A stretch of DNA of 20,000 nt from Ancylonema sp. (lineage: Eukaryota), in contig JBFLGF010000117.1 of NCBI GenBank assembly GCA_050230475.1, positions 47,028 through 67,027 on the forward strand. Reading direction: 5' to 3'. A program made the translations under genes and the position numbers. The notes under the pieces are model-generated. The model had not been told where the DNA came from. It was given only the letters and a program-made list of their open reading frames with translations, and searched no databases. Positions 1-11,068 of this stretch are shown piece after piece; position 1 is the first letter of the stretch; every line of letters begins with the position of its first letter.

Positions 1-1226
1 ATCAATGCCTGCATGATATAAATATTATGATAGCTTCATAAAACCACGTTTCGAAATTATGGTTTATTGAACTTGTTCACGTAAAATTTCATTTTTCAAA
101 CACGGAAACGATGGATACAAAATGATTTTTCCTAGGATATTCAATATCCTTTTTTTTTCTTTAAAAAAAAAAATATATAAAAAAAATGTAATCAACTTTT
201 GCCCACGGTCGGACTTGTCGTATCTGATGCATTATGTGTAAAGTGTGAATCTACTACGGATATCAATTGGACATTTAGACATTTGTTTCGACAATTTTTG
301 AAATTTTCGTCAATATCGAACCCAAAGGGGCCCTACGAGTGGAACATAAATATATGTGTGCTTTTGAATGTTATTAATTGACACCTCTAAGACACCGATA
401 ACAATGATCACTCAAGTAGCCATTGAGTTCCCCGAATTTTTTTTTATCGCACTACCATGTTGATGTGTAGCGACACATGTTTGCGATTCATAATCTTTTT
501 CCCTAATAAAAATAATATACTACAAACTTCATAAGTGTAAAGTCCGAAATGAAATGTCTTTGAACCGCGAGGCACGAGCATGCCGCTGTGGCGAGCAACA
601 CAAGCGTTGCCGGGACGGCAATAATGTTTACATGCTTCATGTCAATTTTTGTGGTGTCAAGCGGTTATAAAAATCATTTAAAGAAAGCGTGCGTATATAA
701 AAAAAAAGTGGCACAATGGAAAAATATCTTTAGCTACCAAATCAGACTCGAAATCATCTAGTATAAAGCAATATCTTTGCACGTGCGGTTTAGCTGAATT
801 GTCATTTTCAAAATTATTACAACAATAACTCACGTACAGAATCTCTTGTGAGTAGTCCTTGCCAGCTACAACGTTGGACAACGCTATTGGAAAACCTTGT
901 GATACTTTCCAAATTATACGATGGAAATATAAATTCGCGCTCGTAGCCATGACGTGATGATCAAGTTTCTAGCTTTCTATACAACACTCTATCTAGCGGG
1001 CTTCGCAAATCAGTTTGGTTCAGTTGTATTACACGTTGCCGACTTATGAGATATACGTGTCAATTCATCACTCGTATTCCCAACATCACGCAACTCTCTA
1101 ACCATCGACATCGACTCTTCCTCACGGAGAGCAAGCGCATGATCAGACTCCCCCTCATTCGTCCGCGTTACCCCCCCCCCCCCCCCCTCCTTCAACAGTA
1201 CCATCTCCGGCGCCGAACCCACCCCT

Positions 1227-1636
1227 CTATTGTCCAAATTTGGGTGAATGAGCATAAAGCAGGCGATTAAATTCAGTGCTCGCGTGTCTCATCCCCGGAG
1301 TCATTGCGCCAAATACAAAGGGCGAAAAGGGTCCCGAACCGGCGATAGGCGAGAACTGAGATCCAAACCCCGTTATGAAGTCGCCCCAATCAGGAGTACC
1401 ACTCCCCCCACCCCCCCCGCCCCCGAATTGGATTGCGTGGGTGGCCTCTGGTCGGGAAGGGGGGAAGACGGGACTGAATAGAGGGGAGAGGCCGATATGG
1501 GGGAAGGTATCAAAGGGATGGGTGGGAGTCTGAGAGGGGCTGATGGGGTGAGCAGGAAATTGGGATCGTTGATTATCATCGAAAAGAGGGGGACGGGAGG
1601 CATTCCCATCCCTTTCCCTTTCCCTATACCATACAT
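1227..1636 (-). CDS. CBP60: Probable terminal exon of the CBP60 gene (phase 1; DVWYRERERD...PDWGDFITGFGSQFSP...HSPKFGQ*), giving about 892 aa in total
   Basis: A strong acceptor (minus cccccttcccccccctttgcag) at 1637 is followed by 135 open codons in the phase-1 frame to TAG at 1229-1227. This frame is absent from the ORF track. The upstream donor is weak or ambiguous (G|GTGGAG at 1884/1883 fits the phase). Confidence 0.6.
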
Positions 1637-1845
1637 CTGCAAAGGGGGGGGAAGGGGGTTGTGGTTAAGATACGCGAAGAGAAAAAGTAAATATATTTAT
1701 TTTATTGATTTATGGAACCACCATGTTCGACGATGGGGATGGAAAAAAACCTTGTATACTTTACTACATTACACAACAAGAAATTGTAAGTTTTGATACT
1801 AAAGGATATGCATGCGTTGATGTGCTACTAGCCTTGTACACCGTA

Positions 1846-4800
1846 TCAGAAACGAACACAAAACCCCCACCCTGATCCTCCACCGATCGACGCCACGTGT
1901 CCCCCGCGCTCAATCGGTCCCTCGGATTGAGTCGAGCACGCCACAAGGGGGCGCATGTCCAATTGCGCCCCCTCTTGCGCCCCCTCCTCCACCGTAGTCG
2001 TGTTCCCAAGATTGCTTTTCTGACGCAATGTGGGGCGTCGAGGCACTTGGATATGGAGGTTAGGAGGAGGGTGGCGGCGCATCCCCCCCCCCCCGCCCCC
2101 CCTCGCATGGGGCTTGCCAAGGGGTTGCGAAAGTTCCATCGGCGGGAAGAGTTCGAGCGAATTGGAATGCGGCGCCTGCCGTTGCTCCACTATTCTCTGA
2201 TCTATGAGTGGTTGTTGGGAGCGTAGTGGGGGGTGGACCTCATAGGCTCGAGGCATGTGTTGCGATGGTCTTTGAAGCTCGGAGGGGGGGACTTGGTGTG
2301 GATACGTCGTTGACACGTGTGCTTGACCGGGTGCCACGGTGTCCCTATTGGGCGGGCCACGTGTCCAAGGCGCGTTGGAGAACGCATAGGCGCCGTTGTG
2401 GCGCTCGTTGGTGGAGGGAGGAATCGTAGGGACGGGGTAGGAGGTGGTATCTGCACAATTTATAAAAACGAGGAAAATGAGTACACGTGGCACGGAGGGG
2501 GTTGGACACGAAGACATCATTGTCACATGGGCCACAAAATGGAGGGTGTTGGTATACCAAAAGCTCTAAAAACCCTTGTATTGGTTCCTTCAAAAAATAT
2601 AAAGCATAGATGATATAAAATACACCCATGCATGATATATGATCCATCCAAGACACCGTAACAAGTTGAGTGGAAACGAATGACAACCTCTCTCACTACA
2701 CGAAGAGATTTAGATTTCGGTTTATTTTGAATTTAGATTTAGATTTAGATTCATCCGGCAAGCGGCTCACCGTGATTTGCCAAACCAACTTCCGCGCCCT
2801 TGTCTCCCTCCCCCCCCCTTCCCCTTGATTCCTCTCGAATAGCAGGCGACTCACATACGCCTTCATTCTCACTACCCGCCCCCGCCCCCGCCCCCCCATG
2901 AGAAACCGTTCTAAATCCTGACTCCCCACTCCTCGTCATCTTGCCCCCCCCTCCCGTCCGCAGCTCGCTCTTTCGTTTCCCTGATGACGTCATACTCGGA
3001 CCGGGAGGTGGCGTGGATCTTCTTTCGCTCCCGCTCCCGCCCCTGCCCCCGCCCAGCCTTTGCCTCTCGATCAGACTCTGCGCCGCGGGGTTAGGTTTCG
3101 CGAACACGGGGTTGGGATTGAGCGCTATCATCCGCTCGGGGCGGTAGCCAATGAGCTCTTCCGCATCGACTTCGTGGATTTCTTCCCAGCGCTCGTACGC
3201 GGCCTTCACTAGACGATCCGCAAGGGGCTAAAACGAGCGGGAGCGGGAGCGGGGGCGGGGGCGCAAACACTATATTTCAGTATAGAGTTGACTCGATTAT
3301 AAATCGAGTCAAAGTCCCTCAAGTCCCTCAAAACCCTATAAAATATCTAAACCTTGATACGTGAATTCTAAGAGGTTGATGTCGACAACCACTTCGTCAG
3401 CAAAAAGTGCAATCCATACCCGGTTGTGAAACCCGATTCTTTACCGCATCTGCTTGTGGCAACGTGTCGATGGGCGTGAAGACCCCCTCTCTGAAGACTC
3501 CGATGATTTGGTACACGTTGTTGAAAACCGCCATTTGACGTTGGTTGCTCTTGGGATCCCAAAATGCGTACGCCTTTCCGTTCAACACACAAGTTTGGGC
3601 GTGCTCGACCAAACCATCCCACATTTTGGAGGACATGCCTGCGCCCATCACCTGTTGTGTCGACGCGTGGGGAATTGAGTTGGTGAGTGAGGGGTTGGTG
3701 GTGGTTGGTGGTTGGTGGTTGGTGAATTGGTTGAGTTGGTTGAGGTGTTTATGCGGGGGTGACTTTTTGACTGTGCCCGATCGTTGTGTATGGAAATAAT
3801 AAAAACAACAAAGGTTTACGATTTTCAATTTTCATAATAGGGGATGATAACAGGGGAAGAAAAAGATTTTGGCTAGTGTCTGTACGAGTCACTCGGCCAT
3901 TGTTAACCATAAATTGAAGTCTTTCAGACCTCAAACGAATCGACCTCGACTGGAAGTTATTATGTGTTTTCTTTTTCCTTCTTTGGTTGTTTGTTGTTTA
4001 TGATGTTGTATTGGTTGGCTTCCCTTCTTCTTCTTCTTTTTTTTTTGTTTTTTGTTTTTTTGTTTTTGAAATATTGATCTTATTTCCCTTCCCCTACACT
4101 ATTGATTCTACACTTCTAAGAGACTTTAAGACTTTTTTTTTTTTTTTTTTTTTTTGGGGTACCGATCGTGTTTTTGGCTTCACTCATTTCGTACCTTGCG
4201 AAGGTTGCGCGGGTCGAGTACAAAGAGTCGCAACACATCTTCGACCGTCTTGATGTTCGCGTTTTCAAGGCGCTGGCGGAATGCTCCGTCTTTTCCCAAT
4301 CCCTCCAGCCGCCAAACCTCTTCGTCGAGAGACGGGGGATAATGCTTCTTGTACACTGCGCAAAACAGACCGCCGATTCCGGCCTTTACTACCGTTTATC
4401 GCCGTTATACCGACTATTCCCCATTGCCTCTAGTGATTTATCGGCACCTCCTTGTTGACAAAAATGGATTAAAAGTAGATTTAAACACCAAAAATTCGGG
4501 ATATGGACGAAATACATGATAAAATATCTCTTGTTCCGGCCATTCGTTGTAATACTAATATTGATACCAAAAATGGAGACGCATCGATTGCACACACGAT
4601 ACACACTTGGTTTTGTTACCATGATAACGCACGACTCGATCTCGTCTCATGCTCGTGTATTGTATTGTCTTTTTCATCATTATAGTTCGACTAAAAACAC
4701 AAAGAAAAAAGAGGTCGGGACATATACGAATAACCTACCCCGTTGTAGCCAACCCCCTCCCTTATAAAAAACAAAAAGTGGCGCTTAGAGCTTACGTTCC

Positions 4801-7091
4801 CCGCGGTTGTCCTTGACGGTGAAGGCTTCGGTTTTTGCTTCTCGTATCCGTACGTTCGGTGGACATTGATCGGGGGGCACTTGTACGGCCAAGAGGAACT
4901 TCCGACTCCGCACCCAACTTGAATTGTCGGTGAAACTCACTTCTCCAATCACACCCTCGCCTACCTGCGGCGCAATATGAGAAGGCGAAAATCGGCGGTG
5001 TGCCACCATAGATTGCGCCAATTTTTGTGTCGTGAGTTTCCGTTTACGTCTTTCGTAGAAGACTAATCATTTTTATATTTCATTTTCCATTTTTCTATTT
5101 CATTTTTATACTTTAAACGGCCATGCCGACACGACGGAAATAAGCCCTTTGTTTTTCCGTTGCCCAAGCATTTACTGTGAGGTGTATTCGAGACTCATGC
5201 GTTCATTTAGGCACATCGAAGACCTCGATTTACCGTTAAAGACACCGTGAGGTCCCCCGACAGCAACGGTCTTTTGCCGTCCCGCTCCTTGACCACATGC
5301 GCCTCAAACTCCTCCACACTCCACATGGCGCTATCCTCGTGGCACAAGTCGCCTTCCAAGGCCACCACACGGAGGGTCAGATTCGCCGCGGGACAACTCT
5401 GGACGCGTTGACACGTGGCGGCATCTTCGAGGACCACTCGGAGCGGACGGCTGCGCTCCGCCTCGATGCGGCTGGAGGAAGGAATGTGATGACTTGGATC
5501 AGAAAATACCGACGTGGATGTGACATGTAATGGCTATAGCGGGCGACATTGAGAACATAATATGTTCTCATTGTCGGAAAATGACGAAAAAAATCCTTCT
5601 TCATAATCCTTCTTCTTCTTCATAATATGTTCAGGAGAAAGGCAAATTTGAGGTCAGTGATCGGAATAAAAAATAAACAATTACATTTTTTTTTTTGGAG
5701 GTTTTGGGATGTGATTATGGGGAGAAAGAAGAATGATCCCCGATGATTTCAGCTTAATAATTTGAAAGAGGTCATAAATATTTCAATCATGAAAAGTCTT
5801 TAAAGATTGGACCCAAAATGTAATTGAGTGGTCGAAATGATTGAGTATGAAAGGACGTCGGAAAGAAAAACCACGCAATGAAAAGTAAGTATCCCTCACC
5901 GTTGACGAACGAACAACATATACCTTTCGGCAATATATACAGACTGCACAATTTCATACCTTGTTGTCATAAACCATATTTTCCCTACTTCTTCCAAGGT
6001 TGATTTGAGAGTTCAACAAAAATTCAAAGTCTGGAGTCGTTAGAAATCCACCTTCCGGTGAAGAGAGGCAGCGATAGCTTCCCCTCGAAGTTCAACCGCA
6101 AAACCCTCTGGCCAATCACAGCAGCCGGTACCGGTGCACCAAATATTTTCCTGCCGTCAGATGCCGTCAGATGCCTGAAAGAAATGAAGAATTTCGACAC
6201 GTGTGGTGAGCGGATCCTCGTGAGACTCATGATCCCGGGTCGAATGACGAAGTTATATTGCCAATTCGATGCGAATCATCTGGTGAGCATATGCCACGTG
6301 GTAGTATTTCCGTATAGATTTTCCGTACCTCCGTTCAGGTGCAAGCGGTTGGGCAGCGGACTCTGCAAACGCGAACCGGATTTCTTCCGATACCTGCGAC
6401 GCAATAGGAGCCAAGAGTTCAAGAAGATAATTACGTACATGATCCACCGACAACATGAGTACTGAACCGTACTCTTCTGGAAGTAAAAATCCGAAGACGT
6501 GATGGTAGGGAAAAGACTTGGAGTGAGTCAGAAGGCCAAATATCAGACTCTCGTCCTGAAAATCCTGAATTTCTGAAGCGGTAAGTGAGTCCGGTCGAAG
6601 ATTCAAAAACGTGCGGACACGCAGACATAGTTCGAACGAGGCGAGTTCGTATCGAGTAGCTCTCACCACTCGTCGAATGAACGGCTCAAACCATAACATA
6701 AGACTTTTGAAAATTGCCACCTTCTCCCCATCCATGCGCTCCCTGGCCAGAGGTTCAGGTCGTTCATGATCGTCAGCCAAACAGGTAACGACGACACAGA
6801 TGTACAGCTTCTGAACATGCACCTGACGTTTGATCACATAAATAACCGGCTACTTACAAGCGACGCAGTTTTCGAAGCCACTTACACAATATCCCTTTTG
6901 TCCATCCGCTGGTCACGAACCCGCTGGCTCAAATTATCAAACGATTGCTTCAGCGTGCTGTCGAGAGTACTACTGTCTCTTCCGTCTACGGATTTGCGTC
7001 TGCCTCCGAACTGCATACCAGGCTGCGCTTCAGAAAAGTTATGCGTAGCCGCAGTGTCATCATAGTCAGACATCGCTGCTCCCACAGTCAT
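1846..7091 (-). CDS. CBP60: Calmodulin-binding protein 60 (CBP60) family transcription factor, spliced. Exons (minus): 7091-6886, 6742-6667, 6393-6329, 6174(or 6150)-6052, 5471-5234, 4964-4796, 4355-4195, 3651-3445, 3227-2771, 2450-(1884 donor or 1846 stop)
   Basis: The spliced translation carries CBP60 hallmarks in the expected order: [38 protein letters not shown]...[42 protein letters not shown]...[63 protein letters not shown]...[15 protein letters not shown]. All junctions are GT..AG with matching phases. An in-frame stop lies upstream of ATG 7091 (alternative start 7073). Family recognised from memory, not from a search. Confidence 0.95.
2706..2751 (+). repeat. Degenerate 6-bp (AGATTT)n repeat in a CBP60 intron
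   Basis: agatttagattt...atttagatttagatttagatt is directly visible. Confidence 0.7.
3678..3745 (+). repeat. Degenerate (GGTT/GGT)n simple repeat in a CBP60 intron
   Basis: ggttggtggtggttggtggttggtggttggt is directly visible. Confidence 0.75.
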
Positions 7092-7140
7092 GGACCCTCC
7101 TCAATATTCAGAAATCATTACCCGCAGAGACAAGCTTGAT

Positions 7141-7229
7141 CTAGGACGAAATAATATTGAATTTCGCCAGAGGCTTCCTCTGCGAGTTGGAGAGTGTCGG
7201 AAAAAAAACACCAGGCATGCGGTCCTCAC
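7141..7229 (-). other. Probable 89-nt 5'-UTR intron of CBP60
   Basis: Consensus donor CAG|GTGAGG at 7230/7229 and acceptor tttcgtcctag ending at 7141, just upstream of the start codon. Confidence 0.5.
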
Positions 7230-10030
7230 CTGAAATAGATTTACGACGATAACGCGGAGCCGCTTGTGCTGACGAAAGCTGTCGATTCCCCTGAGTCCTC
7301 ACGGCTCACAAAATCCGACATACTAAAATTCTCGCCTCCATTTGACCTCTGTTGCACTTTCCATCCGTTCCCATCCGTCACTAGTCGAAGGCTGTGGTCA
7401 ACTCTGAAGAAACGGGCTGGAAGGATCGAATACAGTACAGCTGCAGTACAACTGCATCTTGACATGGTTATGTTGCAAATGCAGACGACAAAAGGCGTGC
7501 ATCTACGTGGTGCCACCAAACCTGCATGGCGGGCGTGTGGTCTCGAGACCAGAGTAAGAAATTATTTTCCGAGCTCCACGAGGTACACGCGTGATAAAAC
7601 AGTATAGGCGCATTAAATCATTACATCCTGTCCGTCCGTTGGTTCCGAGCCAACCAGCTGGCACTCAGGCGCTCGTCCCGCAGCCTTGTAAGTACAATTG
7701 CTAAATGCCTACCACAAAATGTCATCGGTTTTCAGGTGTTCATCGAAGTAATAAATCTCACGAGATTCGAGACGCGGGACAAGACAATCTAAGAAAAGTA
7801 TCAACCGCTCGTCAGCCGTAATAATTAGGTAGAATATATCCAGTCATTCATATGCGGCTTTGAGCGAAATAATGTATCCGAAGACTTCCCAGAGTACCAT
7901 TTATAAAGATGACGTGGCACCTCGGAACCTATCGGAATAAAAAGTCACTGAAGGTGGCATAATTATGCCTGTAGATTGAAATATGCCCCATCAGATGATG
8001 CGGCTTGCTGAAAAGTTTCATTTGGTTTGTGGAACGTCTAACCGAGCCGTCATACCGGTGTGTTTTTTTTTTTTTTCACGAGTTTTTTCCCCCAGCATAA
8101 CAGTTTTTTTTCAATTGATGCACTTAAGTTTTTTTTTTTTTTTTTTTTTGGAGTTCCAAATGTGAAAATTAAAGATATTATCAAAATATCTTGAAAATGC
8201 ATCGATGAAATTGACGAATGCAGATTTCGAAGTATGTCGTATTGTTTTTAATTCTGGTGTAGTTTCATGATTCAATATTGACTTACTGATCGATAGTAGA
8301 TACGCATTGATGGACCAAGATGGGTGGCGTTTGTGATGTACATTGGGTTCTTGAACTTCGGATTTTTTTTCGATGTACAAGCGTTTTTTGTTTGAAGGAC
8401 AATGATTTGCTTGTGTTTCGTCCCGAACGGGATCTTGTATGTTCATTCGCTTTAGGAAAATAAGTTTTTTTAATCTTGAGCGTCTTGGCACGATAAAGAT
8501 TGACATGCCTCCAATGATTGCATTTCACGTTTTTTGCGGGCAGTTGTTCATAAATTTCGTGTAAAATCGATAGATTGCGCATGATAGAAATAAGTGGCAA
8601 CATATCTCTCAAGAGTTGGGAAACCATTTTTTGCTCGATAAGCCGCCACTTTTCGTTAAATGCATCGTAGGCTTCAGCTCAAAACTCTTATTTGTGAAAT
8701 CACGCTTTTACTTGGTACATTTACCGTGTCACCAACAATGACATGTGAGTCGGCTCTCTCACTATCTCGACAAAAATAATGATCGTATCCGTCGGCGAAA
8801 AGGGTATCCATACTCCTTTGAAAGTTGAAACAAATAGTCCATGAAGGATTCGTTTCACATATTTCAAGTCTTATTGCAATAAATATTTTCCTTTTTTTTT
8901 TTGAAGGATCGATTTCTCTTTTTACACGTCACGTTAGTTAAAGCACGCAGTTCTTTTGATAATCGTTTAGCGATGTGTTGTTTGGCGACATTCTCACTTT
9001 AGGCTTAAAAGTATTCTCCACTTCTGATGATATTCAAACATGATTATTTGATTGTTAGATTCTTTCCTTGCAATATACTGAGCTTTACTAGAATGAAAAA
9101 TCCAACACAGTCGGAGATGTATGTCGAATATTAATTTCGATGAAACACCGATATCAATATCGTAAAATATAATGAAGAGAAGACGAAGATTTATACACAT
9201 TATAAATCGTTCTGCATCATAAACATATCAAATCCGAAATATCGACTGACGGGTTATGTATGTAACTGTTCCAAAATGATACTGACCGCAAATCAAAGTT
9301 CTCGAGTATCAAATATTTAATGCCTACGTAATATTTAATGCATACTTTTAGGTATAATCATAGCGAACCCAACCTTTCGAACGTGTTCAATGTTGGTCAC
9401 GTCAAGGTGTTTAGGAGTCGACCATGTAGTGCAAGTACGTCATCTTTAATTTCGAAACTATTTGAGCTGGCAGAATGCCAACTGCCGCCGTAAGTACAAG
9501 ATTCAAATTTTACAATATTCGATCGTACTTTCCAATATATAGAAAAATATTGACGGTAATAAAGTTTTTGCATCCTATGAAATCGATTAATTTGATAAGA
9601 ACATGAACCCTCGTTGATCAAATTGATGCTATACTTTGGCGCTATTCACTTGCCCAGTTAATTTATAATTGTTGTCTACGTTTGATTATAAATATGTGCA
9701 TTATGATTCTACTAGAAATCACATGATATTATTATATATATTACTATTATATTATGTTTTTGCTGAGGTCAACTGACTCGAATTATTTCTTATCGGCCTC
9801 GTAAAATAAGCTTCGTTTGTCAATTCGGCGTTATGCATTTTGTCTTCACAATCTCGATATGCAGTTGTCTACCACAAGTCTTCACCCGTGGGAACGGGTG
9901 AAGGCGTTGTAACAAAAGTTGTATCCTCCCCATTTTCGCTTTCAGCTTTTCGAGTGATCCCCGTGATTGTGCGTGAAACGTGAAGGACGGAGGAACAAAA
10001 CATTCGTAAGGACATCATTGAAATCGTAGG

Positions 10031-10079
10031 GAGCTTATTCCATAGTAACCAGAAAATGTATTTACTATGGGATAAGCTC
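10031..10079. repeat. Near-perfect 18-bp inverted repeat with 13-nt spacer
   Basis: GAGCTTATTCCATAGTAA (10031-10048) pairs with TTACTATGGGATAAGCTC (10062-10079), with one U-G wobble on the plus strand. Confidence 0.85.
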
Positions 10080-11068
10080 TTAAAATAATCCTGGACGAAG
10101 GGATTTGGCTTGTGAATAACACGTTCCACTCCGGTTTGGAACCTAACCGCTTCAAAATCTGACTTCCCGAAATGGGACATGCCGGTTTTAGACTTAATGG
10201 TCAGATCCACTATGATTGATAATGACAGAGAGACAAGTGACGATCTGATTTCAATTTTCTTCTCAAATCGGGCACATCGTTTCTTAGTTGTATCTCTCAT
10301 TGGAGTTGCTGCGTTCTTAAACAAGGATGGAAAATATCATGCATCCAATCCTTAGATGTGACATTCCCTTGAAGCCTTGACAAGGTGTGCCAATATTGTG
10401 TACATAGTACACTCACTCTCACACTCTGTAATCCACGGGACGCCTATGCGCCCACCCACCTTGCCCCTACATAAATTCCCCAAGTGAGCCATTGCGACTA
10501 ATCTCTTTGCACTGCATTTTCCCAAAAAAAAAAAAAAACGCAACCCTATCGCAACCTATTGTTTAGTAATTATTTCTTATGTTCCACTACCTAGCCGAAT
10601 GATTGCTTTTGTTTCACCGTGAAAATTTCGCTCACTCTCAATACTTAGAAAAAGAGGTGGAAAAGAGCGACAACCGATGATATCACTTCCAATACAACTT
10701 CAACCTTGAACTCACGCCACGTCATCGCTTCATGTTTCTGAAAATCTTTGCAATGCTTGTACATTGTTTACATGCCAAGAGGGGCTCGTGAAAGTACACT
10801 CTAATCGTGAAAGCATAATGTAGAGTCCCCACATGTCTAGCAAGTGTCTCATCGGCGACCACGCAAAGCCCCAATGAGTCACCGCAACTTTGTCAGAGAG
10901 TTTCCAAAGGAAAAGTTGTTGCCACTCCCAATGAGAATGCTTGGTGGGTTGGGAAGAAAATCAGCACTCAAAGAATGGGTGGCCTTGCCAAATGTGTGAG
11001 CGTTAAAAGCTCGACCTGAATGGCTCCCGAGCACGGTTTGTTAAATGCCTCGTAGTTTTGGCCCCTCC

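Noticed and set aside
1010..1255. 81-aa minus-strand ORF downstream of CBP60 and the GWVRRRRW peptide in a neighbouring frame as a CaM-binding exon
   Set aside because: It lies largely past the probable stop at 1227 (3' UTR), and the W spacing and context do not fit the CBP60 motif.
1897..2613. Plus-strand ORFs overlapping CBP60 exon 10
   Set aside because: Antisense shadows of a GC-rich coding exon, with no independent domain signal.
9121..9165. Plus-strand peptide MSNINFDETP resembling the pogo/Tc5 DDE transposase N-x-DET motif
   Set aside because: Stops follow immediately, and I see no further DDE motifs, TIRs or TSDs. A TBLASTN against transposases would be needed.
9869..10324. 151-aa minus-strand ORF (MFKNAATPMRD...)
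   Set aside because: Non-ATG start in the track, no recognisable domain and no convincing splice partners. It overlaps the hairpin cluster and is probably a chance ORF.
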